From NCBI RefSeq assembly GCF_009914755.1, contig NC_060927.1: DNA of 64,000 nucleotides, one strand, 5' to 3'. Each line of letters opens with the position of its first letter. The stretch's first letter is position 1. The notes below the pieces were generated by a model, which searched no databases, was not told the DNA's origin, and saw only the letters and a program-made list of their open reading frames with translations. Positions 1-13,090 of the stretch are shown here, one piece after another. This DNA is from the human T2T-CHM13v2.0 reference genome, Homo sapiens. A program made the position numbers and the translations under genes.

Positions 1-169
1 AAATTCTAACTCTTAAATACTTCAGCTCATTCCTACATTGCCTCCTTAGTCCTCTTTCATCATATGTCTCTTGTGCAGTTCTAATAACTATACATGGCTG
101 TTCATAGAATAATATTGATAAATATCCTAATATTTAGCAGTTGAATGGTTTTTCTCTACCTGTCCACTG

Positions 170-620
170 CCAAAAATAAATAAGTAAATCATTCTTCTAT
201 ACCACTACAACTGGAGTGACCTTTATAAAGGCAAGTCTGGACTTTGTTGTAAATTCACTGGTGTTTCCTACTGCCCATAGAATCAAGACCTAACTTCTTA
301 ACACAGTAAACAAAGCTCTTCATTATCTGGCCCAAGCCAACTTATCCAGTCCAGTTTTATCCCTTATCTCTCATAGATACATATACCCTAACCTCCCACA
401 TGAACTGGGTGTGCCTCTTGCACACTATTCTTGTGTGCCTTGTTTGGTTAGCTTCTACACATGGAGTCACTCTGCATGTGGTGTCCTGCCTCCCATTGTT
501 TGCCTGGTAGCTGGACCTGGCTCACATTTTATCCACTCTGGAACAACTCCCTTGACCACCTTTCTTGACACCTTTTCCAGCAGAGGTAAGCCATCTGCTT
601 CTGACCACCTTTGTGCCACA
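170..620 (-). mobile_element. Probable old L2 LINE fragment
   Basis: Degenerate stretch resembling the reverse L2 3' region (cctactgcccatagaatcaagacctaacttctt...ttatctggccc); boundaries approximate. Confidence 0.4.
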
Positions 621-3534
621 CTTCACACTATGCTGCAAGGTTTCCTTTTCCCACTAGATTGGTGCTCTGTGTCATTTTGCCTTTTTCATTTTCTTATGGC
701 CAAAGCAGAGCCCAGTACCAAATTAATGTGTCTACTTTAAATTACTTTGCTTTTTTTTTGGTCTCATTTTCTTCTTGGTTACAAACACTTTATAAACAGA
801 GAAACTGCCTAAAATGGTTACACTCTTTACTGAGCTCCCAAATGTATAAACCCAAGAGCTATTTATCTGAGAAAGAAGTCGTGTTCTTACTATTTTCTGT
901 TTCATTTAGCATCTTTTTCTTTTTTAGTTTTGGTTTGCATTCCAACTGTTTATTATTCATGTCATAGGTCCTTTTTACTTTCTTTTCAGGATCTTAAATA
1001 CTAAGATATTAGTATACTTATTAAAGAAATATGTGCGGCATACTTTCTGACTTAATGTGGGTGTTGGTGCTCTATGCATTGGTAATGTATGTCGGAAAAT
1101 GTTGGCTTAATTGGTATGTGCAGATATTTGTTGAATAAGAGGAGAACCATTGTTATAAAGCATCTAAATTATGAGAATGGGCGTCCTTTTCAGCATTTTA
1201 AATTAGGGTTGTATATGGATTCTTATAGTGGGATGTCTGGTGGTGAGATGTGGAAAAACAGAATTGTTAATATTTCAGCGGTTCAAGTTCATTCTTCCCT
1301 TAATAGCAAAAATCAGCAGTCTGTTCACAAGGTTTTGTTTTCTTCTGGTTCATGATAGGGCTGTATCTTAGATAAAACAATACTGATGGATTTAGCCATC
1401 TGATACAAATAGCAAGATATAAATCCTACTGTACAGTGGCTATTACCCATACTCTTTTTTGGCTGTCCCTCAGTAGAGATGCCTTTAGACCAGATGGGGT
1501 TTTCATCCACAAGGATTATTGCACCTTGCTTTTACAGAGACACCCCCAATCTCTAGCACTGTCTCTCTTGCTCAGTTTCCAACATCCTGTATTTACTGCT
1601 TTGACTCTAACTTCATCTGCTCAATACTGTAAATTCCTAACCTTATATCTTAAGGCTCTGACACCCTGGACTTAAACGTCCACAGTTTGTTGCCTGAAGT
1701 CTCTCACATGGCTTGTTTTACCCCCTTATAGGAATTTACAGGTTCCCATTTCCTCATCTCTCAGATACCCCTGTTTAGAAGGTCTCCTTTTCCAACTAGT
1801 ACCAATCCTGTCTCCACCCGTCTTTCAAGAAGCAAAGTGCTTGGAGACCTCTTTTTCCTTGTTCTTACAGCTCTTTACTTACAGTGATATTTCCTGTTAT
1901 TTAAACTGCTTCTAAGATTCTTCTTCTTGCAGAAAGCTATCTTGGATTGATAAAGTAAAACCTCTTAATTTTCCTGACCTTTATCCATTACTGGATGCCA
2001 ATAACCACCTCCTCTCCCATATTGCTGCATGTTTATTCTTTGTCTCTTATTTCCTGAATGTACTTGCCACTGGTGAATTTAGATAGGCAGATGTACTGCT
2101 TCTTTGGCTTACATTTTGTTAGTTATTCCTTTCTTAACGCCCCTGGAAGACAGGGACTACATCTGTTTAATTCTTCGTGTATTGCCCAGTAGAGCCCACC
2201 ATCACGATTATCATACATAGATGACTCATAATTGCTTTCTGATAATAGGAAGCAATAGTTTGATAAAGAAGAATGTGGTGGCTGTTGAACATTTGGCACC
2301 CATATTGCACACATTTATGCTGATGCAGATTGTGGAGAAAAAAACCTCTTGGCTTTAGATTTTTAAAGCATTCCCTGTTTAAGGGAGAGCAGGTGGTAAA
2401 ATTAATCTTACAAAAAGATAATTTAATGTTTTTCAAATTTATGATTTTTGTCTCTGTCAAGTTTAGAAAAAGCATATTGAAAATCAAATAGAGCTAAAAC
2501 AGTACTTTGATACATCAATCCAAAGAACAGTTGATTGTAGTAAATTAGGATTTGTCGTAGAAACTTCATAATGCCCAAAGGACTGACATGCACAGAGAAT
2601 GTAGCAAAAGCTGCAGTTGTAGATGTCTTTCTCATGCAAATCATTATCTATGAAGTCTCAGTAATACAGGCTTAAACAGAAATTGCTAGAGTGATGTCCA
2701 GAATAAAATCTGACACTAAACAGCAAAAAGCATTGGCTGTTTATATTATAATGCATGTTAACATAATGACTGCTGTTCTAAGAACTCCTTAAAGGAAATA
2801 CTGAGGATTTGTGACTCATAATTGGGAACAGTTGCTGGGCGATAAGCTTAAAGGGGGAAAAATATGTTTAGAAACTTGAAACAATCTTAACAGGGAGAAA
2901 GTTTTTTATCTCACTTCCCAATCATAACATCAGATTCTCCTAAAGTTAATGAAAATTGCTTAAGGCAACTTGATATGAAGTTTAATTTAGGCATAGGAGT
3001 TCCAGTTTACAGGACTTTTTTTGTTTTTTTGTTTTGTCGTGTTTGTTTCACTTTTTAGGATTTCCCAGAAACATTTTTCTATTTGAATTAAATATTCCTA
3101 CTTACCATAAATCATTTTAAAACAGTGGCCAAATATTATTTTAAACTACATTATATTATCTTATTTCATACTTAATTAATATTATATGTTGTTTTTGAGA
3201 CCATATCCAACTAGTTAGTACTCTTACTAAGCAAGAAGTTTGGGGTTTATTGGCAAGATCTTTAGGAATTTTAAAGGAGTATACTGCTTTTTTGTAAGTT
3301 CCATACTTTTTGGCTTCATCAGTTGGTTATATGGTTGTTTTTTCAGTGTAGAACCTGATTCATAAATTGTGAACATTGGGATAGAGGATGGCAAATATTT
3401 GTATAATCTGTTTTTCAAATATTTGTCTGCAGAATCTTTTGTGCACAGAATACCTGTTAATAGTTTTTGAAACAAGTATTCTAAGAGCAGATTTTGGAAA
3501 ATGTGCTAGCTAGCAAAACCCGTAGATCAAATTT

Positions 3535-3591
3535 TTTTTTTTAGACAGTTTCACTCTTTTTGCCTAGGCTGGAGTGCAGTGGTGCAACCAC
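3535..3591 (-). mobile_element. Severely 5'-truncated Alu (3' terminal ~57 bp) with TSD
   Basis: T-run followed by agacagtttcactct...cctaggctggagtgcagtggtgcaac; flanked by direct repeat AGATCAAATTT at 3524-3534 and 3592-3602. Confidence 0.8.
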
Positions 3592-4696
3592 AGATCAAAT
3601 TTAATATCCTTTTCAAAATCCTAATTTACAGCAAGGAAATAAGTTAATTATTGGGAAAATCTGTCTCAACACCTAGACTTCACATGTACCAGTCTTTCTG
3701 AATGCCTGTAGATCTAGAGTATTTCCTGTGTTGTAGACATCCATTTAGAAATCTGTGGTACACTATGCTACAATATCTGTGCTGTTATCATATATTTAAT
3801 TTTTTATATTTTCTTATAGTAACTTTCAAACATACACAAAAAAGAAAAGAGAGAAGAGTATAATGACCATTATGCCAGTTATTTGAAATAATGGTTCAAA
3901 TGTTTCAAACTCTAGGTGAAGTTCCATAAAAGAGGAAACACAAATGTTTTTATTGGACTACCTTTTATAAATTATTAAATGAGTCTGATTCATATAGTGG
4001 GACTTCCCTCCAACAGTATGGAGACATTTGTAAAGGAATGATTCAGCAGCAGTCGACCAGATAATAAGATGACCAAAATATTCTCAAAGCTAAACCTCAT
4101 AATAATCCAAACTTTTTTTTTCTTCATGTTTTGCCAACATTTTTCAACCCACAGGATAAAAGATAATATTGATGTTGGGTGGATTAATACTGGCTTTATC
4201 CGGATTCATTTTATTTTTCCCTTCTTTTATTCTGTCTTTGATCAGGCAATACTGTGTATTCCTGTATTGGCTCAAGTAAACTGATGGCCTCTGAAAAAAA
4301 GGTCAAGCTTGAAGAGAAATTTTCTGTCTATGTTTAGTTTCTACATATAGCATCATAGTAAAACTGACTCCCTGATTGGCTGAGGCCAGCCCACTGTAGA
4401 GTGGAGGGTGGGCTTATTTTGATTGGGTTAGGCCAGTGGTGCTGTGGGGTTAAATCAATCTTACTATAATTCCATGGCCTAGAAATTTTGGTCTTGATTA
4501 GAAAGGGCATGTAGGAAATGGATGCTGTGGAAACAACCGGCAATAAATATGCTTTTACTCCAAGTAAAGCAAGTTTTGAAAATTCTACAACAGGCTATGC
4601 TATGTATTTTTAATGTCCAATGATATTTTTAGATATTTCTGTTTTACAAATTTATTAACAGGTTTTTGGGTTTTTTTTGTTTTTGTTTTTTTTTAG

Positions 4697-4865
4697 AGGA
4701 CAAGAATTTTGGGCAGATTTGAATGCCATGAACGTGTATGAAACAACTGAATTTGACCAACTACGAAGGCTGTCCACACCACCCTCTAGCAATGTCAACT
4801 CTATTTACCACACAGTCTGGAAATTCTTCTGTAGGGACCACTTTGGATGGAGAGAGTATCCCGAG
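4697..4865 (+). CDS. TIPARP: TIPARP/PARP7 internal coding exon, 169 bp (GQEFWADLNAMNVYETTEFDQLRRLSTPPSSNVNSIYHTVWKFFCRDHFGWREYPE; start of WWE region)
   Basis: Polypyrimidine tract + AG ending 4696, GT donor at 4866; WWE-type W..W.EY motif; phase 0 end matches next exon. Confidence 0.95.
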
Positions 4866-5667
4866 GTATTTACAGATTCTTTGTTGACAAGTACATTTTT
4901 CAAATTTATTTTTTTCTTCCTGTATTCTTTTATTCTTTCTTTACAACAATGACTAGGCAGAACTATGCATATAATCAAACAGCTTATGAATATAAAATTG
5001 AGTCTCATTGATACAAGAAAACTTTTCTCTTTTTCTTAAAATTTATTTCTTTCCATTAATTTGAAATCCAAAGATAGCATACCACTATTATCAGATAAAT
5101 AAAATGCTTTCCACAGAATCTTGCATTATAGAGATGAAATATTTTGACCTGTTGCCACCTGTGGAGTAATTTTCACGACATGAGAATTGGTATAACTTTT
5201 GATTATATCTGGCTCTTGGGCTTATGGAGATTGGATCAAGTGTTACACTTAGCATTTTAGAAGCCCAATGGAAACAATCACTCATGTCTCTGGAAGAAGT
5301 ACTTGAAAATGTTTATTGAGCTGTGGTCAGGGAAATCAGTTATTTACAATTTTCTCCTATGTGCACTTGCATCCTTAGTCTGAGACAGTGATAATAGCCC
5401 TTCAGTCTCAAAGCAAGGTTTTAAAATGATGATGGTTTACTTTGCTTCTGAATGACAATTCTGAGTCATTTAAACAACCTCAAATGGACTTTAGAGATTA
5501 ATTTCACATTCCAAAGATCTGACTTTTTCAATTTAAGTTCATTTCCAGCATTACAAAAGGGGGGAACAACTTATCTACCTTACTTTTATTTTTAAAGACA
5601 ATAGCAAAAGAAGAAAACCTAGTATGTTAATTATTGTTAAACACAATATTAAACTAAGTAAGTTTAA

Positions 5668-5800
5668 GTAATCACTAGTATCTACCTTCCAAAGAGAATA
5701 CAAGGCTGTTTAAAATGTACTCTCAGAATACTTGGTAATCACTAGTTATCTACCTTCCAAATAGAATACAAGGCTGTTTAAAATGTACTCTCAGAATACT
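5668..5800. repeat. Two-copy tandem duplication, ~67-bp period
   Basis: gtaatcactag(t)tatctaccttccaaa(g/t)agaatacaaggctgtttaaaatgtactctcagaatact starts at 5668 and 5735; one substitution and one 1-bp indel. Confidence 0.95.
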
Positions 5801-5876
5801 CAGACTGTTCCTGTGTTTTTCCTCTGAGAAGTTTTTTGGGTTTAGAGCTTGAACTTTATATACCACCACCTTTTCA

Positions 5877-5880
5877 AATT

Positions 5881-5911
<31 letters not shown>

Positions 5912-6208
5912 TTTTGAGAGAGAGGTCTTGCTCTGTTGCCCAGGCTGGAGTACAGTGGCACAATCATAGCTCACTATAATCTTGAACTCCTGGGCTCAAG
6001 CAGTGCTCCTGCCTCAGCCTCCCAAATAGCTGGGACTACAGGTGCATGCCACCATACTCAACTAATTTTTATTTTTTATTTTTTGTGGAGACAGGATCTT
6101 GCGATGTTGCCCAGTCTAGTCTCGAACTCCTGGCCTCAAACAATCCTCCTTTCTCTGCCTCCCAAAGCGTGGGGAGTGGCTCACAGGCGTGAGCCACTGA
6201 TACTGGCC
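5877..6208 (-). mobile_element. Alu (AluJ-like) with (TTTA)n tail
   Basis: Reverse Alu dimer: ttgcccaggctggagtacagtggc...ctcccaaag...caggcgtgagccact. Confidence 0.92.
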
Positions 6209-6551
6209 AACATCACTATCTTTAATTCCTCTTTTGAAAACTCCCTTAAGAAATATGAACGAAAACTCTCTATGATATTATTAAGGCTCAAAATAGAATA
6301 AAATAGTTCCCTGGGCCCCACATGTTTTGTAAGGTGGAAATCCATGCCTTATGAACAGGGAGCATCTTTCCACCCTACATACTTGGAAGGGAAAAAAAAT
6401 CTTAGCATATAAAGGGAGTTATTTAGACTCACTGTACTTTATTGAAATTCCTGTGAGGTTAACTTTTGCCTTTGGTTAATTTTCATTTTTAACCATGATT
6501 ATTAACTTTCCTTTTTTTTTTTTTTTTTTTGTTCTGTTTTCTCCTCCATAG

Positions 6552-6712
6552 TCTGTCATTCGATTGATTGAAGAAGCCAACTCTCGGGGTCTGAAAGAGG
6601 TTCGATTTATGATGTGGAATAACCACTACATCCTCCACAATTCATTCTTCAGGAGAGAGATAAAAAGGAGACCCCTCTTCCGCTCCTGTTTTATACTGCT
6701 TCCATATTTACA
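6552..6712 (+). CDS. TIPARP: TIPARP coding exon, 161 bp (SVIRLIEEANSRGLKEVRFMMWNNHYILHNSFFRREIKRRPLFRSCFILLPYLQ; rest of WWE region)
   Basis: Long T tract + TAG acceptor ending 6551, GTAAGT donor at 6713; open frame in phase with both neighbouring exons; too short for the ORF track. Confidence 0.95.
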
Positions 6713-8215
6713 GTAAGTGTCGAGTATGAAGTTGCAATATTTACTCTCATTTTATGTAAATGCATTCCTGAATACTAGAGATAAAAAATAAATAAGAGTC
6801 TACCTTGGTTAGTACCCCTAGAATGTGAAATTCCAAATTAGTCTTTGGATTTTAATTCCTCAACAAATTGAGTGTAAATAAGCTACAATAAATCCAGTTA
6901 CACTAGAAGAATGAGTAACTTATTGGATTTTTTAGAGTTAACATTTTTCCACAACTAAATATAATTGTGTCTGGAATGAGTCACAGAACTTGCATTTACC
7001 TCCTTCATGGAAGATTTTTTCCTTCCATGAAACTACTTTCAAGATGAGACCCTTCTATGTTACAGGACAACTTAGCCAAACTGCCGGGGCAAGTGAGGAG
7101 AGTCCTACAAGGTGATTTCTTGTTTTCCTTTTACTTGAGGGAATTTGAATGGGGAAAGTTCACCTTTTCAAATAATTTACATTCTCATTTGCTAGGTAAG
7201 CCACCTCTTCTTGTGATACTCACTAAAATTACTTGTCATACTTACTAAGAATACAGTTTCTTAATGTAAGGTTAGGACTGAACTCACTCTTCTGAATTGT
7301 AGGTGAGCTTTTCTTCCATTTTGCCAAGAGTTGTTTCTTCCTTTGGTCTCCAGACAACCCAGTGGCACATCTTTATAGATACCAAAAGGTGGGGCACATT
7401 ACCATTCACATGGCCACCTTTGAAAATTAGTATCTCTAGGGAAATCATTATCTACTCCAGTCAGATATGCTATTTTTAGAGACTGATTTTGAAAATGGTA
7501 TAGGTTTACTTGGTTTTATGAACTTTAGAAGTCTAGCGTAATGGTTGGTTTTTTTGTGCTGATCTTTGAGGAAAAGATACCATTTTTATATTCCTACTGT
7601 TTTTATTTTAGCTCAAACTGTTTTCCCTAAGTTGTTATGAGAAAATCTTAGTGATTCTAATCCCATGTTTGGAAGGGGAACAGTAAAAACAAAATACAAA
7701 TAAAAATCCCTGAAATGATCAGTATCCAAAAGAAATTTGTAGTAAGATTAATCTTAGAAATATATATTGGATTGGGTTAAGTGTGTTCTTTCTTCTAAGT
7801 GCCCGTTAGAAAAATTTTACCTTGTAGGGTTTCTTAAAAAATTAGAACTAGTAAAAATGCCATTTCTGTGATTTTACTAGCACAGCTGGAGATAGTGTCT
7901 GTGTCCAGTAGTTAGGAATATATTGTCCTCCTGGTGAGATAGTAGAACCCATTAGTGAGACCAGCAGCTTGGCATGCTGAGCCAATCAAGCAAGATAGAA
8001 CTTCTGTGTGAGGGTAAGAATGCAAGTTCTGCATTGTTGGAAAGTTTCGGTGAATGGTGAAAATGCGTCTGTTTTTATCTCATGATAAGTAATTATGGAA
8101 TATGCCCTCTTTTTTTTTTTTTTTTTTGAAGCTTAGGCTTGTTTTGTAAAAGTATGAACTATAAAGATAATATAAGCAGCAATACAATTAATGCCACAAA
8201 TATGCCTTCATTATA

Positions 8216-10392
8216 CAGGCATATCTTGTTTTATGGTGCTTTGCTTTATTGTACTTCACAGATAATTGTGTTTTTTACAAATTGAAGGTCTGTGGCAGCA
8301 CTAGGTCAAGCCAAATCTATTAGTGCTGTATTTTCAACAGCATGCGCTCATTTTGTGTCTCTGAATCATATTTCGGGTATTCTTCGGATATTTCAGGTGT
8401 TTCATTATTATTGTATCTGTTATGGTGATCTGACCGGTGATCTTTATGTTACATTTGTTTTGGGGTGCCAAGAACAGCACCCACATAAGACGGCAGAGTG
8501 TTCAAGTGAAAGGAAGAGTTACACATCTCTAAGTCAAAAGCCAGAAATGATTAAGCTTAGTGGGGAAGGCATGTTGAAAGCTGAGATAAGCCAAAAGCTA
8601 GGCCTCTTGTGCCTTAACATTAGCCAAGTTGTGAATACAAAGGAAAAGTTCTTGAAGGAAATTAAAAGTGCTACTCTGGTAAGCACACGAATTATAAGAA
8701 AGTAAAACAGCCTTCTTGCTAATATAGAGAAAGTTTTAGTGATCTGGATAAAAGATCAAACCAGCTACAACATTCCCTTAAGCCAAAGCCTAATCCGGAG
8801 CAAGGCCCTAACTTTTTTCAGTTCTTTCAAGGCCGAGAGAGGTGAGGAAGCTGCAGAAGAAAGTTTAAACCTAACAGAGGTTGGTTCATGAGGTTTAAGA
8901 GCCCATCTCTCTTATAGAAGTGCAAGGTGAAGCAGGGAGTGTTGATGTAGAAGCTGTAGCAAGTTATCCAGAAATCTAGCTGAGATCATTGATGACAGTG
9001 GCTAAACTAAACAAGAGATTTTCAGTGTAGACAAAACAAACTTATATTAGAAGAAGATGCCATCTAGGACTTCATAGGTAGAGAGAAGTTGATGCTTGGC
9101 TTTAAAGGACAGGGCTATCTTGTCAAGGGCTAATGCAACTGGTGACTTTAAGTTGAAGCCTAGGGCCCTTGAAAATTGTGCTAAATCTACTCTGCCTGTG
9201 CTCTATAAATGGAAAAAGTGTGGATGACAGCACATCTGTTTATAGCATGGTTTACTGAATATTTTAAGCCCACTATTGAGACCTGCTCAAGAAAAAAAGA
9301 CTTATTTCAAACTATTACTGCTCATTGACAATGCACCTGGTTACCCAAGAGCTCTAATGGAGATGTACAGATTAGTGTTTTCATGCCTGCTATACAACAT
9401 CCATTCTGCAGCCCACTTATCAAGTAGTCATTCTGACTTTCAAGACCTCCTATTTTAACAGTATATTTTGTAAGGCTATAGCTGCCATACATAGTGGTTC
9501 CTTTAATGGATCTGGGCAAAGTAAATTGGAAAACTTTTGGGAAGGATTTACCATTTTAGATGCCATTAAGAACATCGTGATTCATGGGAGGGGGTTAACA
9601 TACCAACATTAACAGAAATTTGGAAGAAGTTTATTTCAGCCCACATGGATGATTTTGAAGGGTTAAAGACTTCAGTGGAGGAAGTCACTGCAGATGTGGT
9701 GGCAATAGCAAGAGAGGTAGAAGTAGAAGTGTAGCCTGAAGATGTGACTGAATTGCTACTATCTCATGATAAAACTTGGATGCATGAGGAGTTGCTTCTT
9801 TTGGATGAGTAGAGAAAGTGGTTTCTTGAGATGGAATCTACTGGTGAAGATGCTGTAAAGATTTTTGAAATAATAAAGGGTTTGGAATATTACATCAACT
9901 TAGTTGATAAAGCAACAGCAAGGTTTGGGAGGATTGACTGCAACTTTGAAAGAAGTTCTGCGGGTAAAATGCTTTCAGATGGTACTGCGTGCAACAGAAA
10001 TCTTTCATGAAAGGAAGGGTCAATTAATGTGGCAAATTTCATTGTCTTATTTTAATAAATTGCCACTGCCACCTCAACCTTCAGCAATCACCACCCTGAT
10101 CAGTCAGGCCATCATCAAGGCAAAACCCTCCCACCAGTAAAATTACTATGACTCACCAAAGGCTCAGATGATTGTTAGTGTTTTTTAGCAATGAAGTATT
10201 TTTAAATTAAGGTATAAATATTGTTTTTTTAAAGAATGAATGCTATTATGTACTGAATAGACTATGGTATAGTATAAACATAACTTTTATATGCACTGGG
10301 ATACTAAAAAATTGTATTACTCACTTTATTGTGATATTTGCTTTATTGCAGTGGTCTGGAATAGAATGCTCAATATCTACTAGGTAGTCATA
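8216..10392 (+). mobile_element. Near full-length Tigger1 (pogo family) DNA transposon with decayed transposase
   Basis: TA then CAGGCATA TIR start; ORF remnants [31 protein letters not shown] (CENP-B-like HTH) and [12 protein letters not shown] (DDE_1); degenerate right end ctttattgcagtggtctggaa...caatatctactaggta. Confidence 0.92.
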
Positions 10393-10752
10393 TATTGATA
10401 ATATGGGCTTACAAGAGAACAAAAATAGTTACTCTTTATTTTCCTTTTTCTTTTAAAAATTTTCTATTTTAATCTTTCTGTCTAAAACTGATAATCAGGT
10501 ATAAAGTAAGAGATCAGCAAATCAAAGAAATATTAAACTTCAGTGAGAAAAGAGCAGAGAAATAGCCAGTCCACCAGGGTGGGATGGGTAAATGCAGTGA
10601 TCCTATCTACCCTAGAGTGTGGGGCTGAAGGACCTAGTAGGGAGAAAGATGAGGGGAATTGGTTCCAAAAAGCATATTTTAGAAGTAGATTCCAGAGGCT
10701 ATGATCTTAGCCAGGGAAAATGTTTCTTTTTAAGTGGTTTTTGTTTTGTTAA

Positions 10753-11090
<338 letters not shown>

Positions 11091-12708
11091 TGTTTTGTTT
11101 TTAAGTGTTATTAAATGCAAAGGATAAAAAAAAAATAGGTGTTAAAGAGGCCACAATTCTCAGGGAATCAGATGCCTAAGAGTAGAAGGGGTGGGGTAGG
11201 AAGTTGACTTAATTAATGAATTTTCTACAAATTCAGCTGTTTTTAAAAGGTTTCTCCTGCTTTTTAATGGGGCTGATCTTAGAATACTTGAACTGAGACT
11301 GCACAAGCAAACAAAGCTTAGGGGTTTGGTGGTTCAGTGCTTTCAGCTGAAAGAACATTTATCCCATGCAGTCACCTCATGGTCATGGGAATGCCTGGCA
11401 CAGTTTCTTTAATCCCCCCTGAAAAGGATAAAATGAATTAATTTGTATTTCATCGCTGAAACTGATTTAGTAAACATCTTTCAAAATGGTAAGGGGAAGG
11501 AGGGAAAGTAATAAAAGGTGAGTTTGGATTCTGAAATTTCATTCTTCAGAGATCCTTGTGTAGAAGCTCAATTCCCTTTGACTCCCTCTCTAGAGAAGGC
11601 TGGTGTCCGTCTGTGAAACATGCAGTATATCTTTGGAATACCCATGCAGTGAATACAAACTCATTCTCAGAAAATAAAGGCACATTTGTAACTGCGCTTG
11701 AAACATATTTTTTTAACCCATGGCTATTAGAGTGTTGAAGCCCATCAGACAGATGTGTATATGCATTTTTATGTTTTAGGCAAGTTAGGATGTTGGCTTG
11801 TTAAAAGTAAGCATCTATGGGTTGGAATGGATGTTAACCATATACATAGTCCAGTTTAATATCTTAGAATGGATAGGATTTATTTATCTCGGCTCATCTT
11901 CAAGCATATGTTAGTAATAATGGACCTCCATCCCCTGCAAAAAAGGAAAAGCTATATTTGAAGTTTGCATTTTATGGAACGGGTCCATAGTAGTGATATC
12001 AGAAAGAAAAGGGGCAGAATCTCTTCTGTTGTCACGGCTAGGTTTGCTGTACAGGCTGACAGTCTAAAACCTCTAGAGGAGAGTGTTTGCAGAGAATCTT
12101 ACCTTTTTCTTTCAAACCAGAAGCCTGTGTTGGTAACTTCAAGCCCTGATAATAATAGAAAACCTGGTGGGCTGGGGACTTACCCTTTTCTTTGCAAAGC
12201 TGGATAGAGGGAGGAGCTATTAAATAAAAATAAGGGGCTTATATTCTTTGCTTCCCCGCCATTCCTCCAGATTAGTGATGGCTTTTTAAGGAGTTATAGA
12301 TATTTGAGAATCTGATTAAAGCAGTCAGACCTCTCTTCAGGAAAGTGTACCAGTGAAAAATGTACCATTGTACCAGAAAAATGTATCAGTACTGAGGATC
12401 CAAAGGAATCTGTGTGGGCTCTGAGAAAATGCTACAGAGGACAAGGACTGTTGTGCCTTTTGTTGTGAAGGTTGGAGAAACCAGCAGCACTTTAAATCTC
12501 CCCCTGTACTTAAAAGCACCTCGGAGATTCAGTAAGCCCTGGATCCACCCATCCATCCAGGACTCTGTCTCACAAAGAGACTTTGAGGCACATTGAATTG
12601 AAGGCACAGTCACTTGTAGAAGGTGGGGGTTAGAGACGGCAGTCATGCTTCCATTGTTTTAGCTTCTTGAAAGTCATCTCCTAAAAGACTGTGTGTTGAT
12701 GATAATGC

Positions 12709-12784
12709 GGTGGTGGTGGTGGTGGTGGTGGTGGTGGTGGTGGTGGTGGTGGTTGTGGTGGTGGTGGTGGTGGTGATGGTGGTG
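12709..12784. repeat. (GGT)n microsatellite, ~25 units with two interruptions
   Basis: Directly visible. Confidence 0.97.
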
Positions 12785-12904
12785 TCAGGCAAAACTAGGT
12801 TGGAATCCTAGTATCCTGTCGATCACTTTCTAGCCTTGTTTTAAAAAATATATATATAAATTGTGAAACATATGGAACTGAAAAGAGTATGAAATTAGAA
12901 ACTA

Positions 12905-13090
12905 TCTAGATGGGCCTGGCCTAGATTCAAATTCTGTCTTCGCTCTTTGCTAGCTATACTCGGGCAAATTATTTAATCTCTCTAAACCTCAGTTTCTTCA
13001 TTTGAAAAGTGGGAATAACCAAGTCATCTTACAGGGTTATTGTGACAATTAGTGATATTGTATGTAAAATGGCTGGCACATAGTATTAAT
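12905..13090 (+). mobile_element. MIR SINE
   Basis: MIR core gggcaaattatttaatctctctaaacctcagtttcttcatttgaaaagtgggaataa. Confidence 0.75.

Noticed and set aside
3999-4008. NF-kB-like site GGGACTTCCC in a TIPARP intron
   Set aside because: A single degenerate 10-mer match is expected by chance in 64 kb; no supporting context.
5936-6301. Alu-derived ORFs (also 14503-14724, 22277-22594, 62959-63415)
   Set aside because: Typical translated-Alu peptides with no gene structure.
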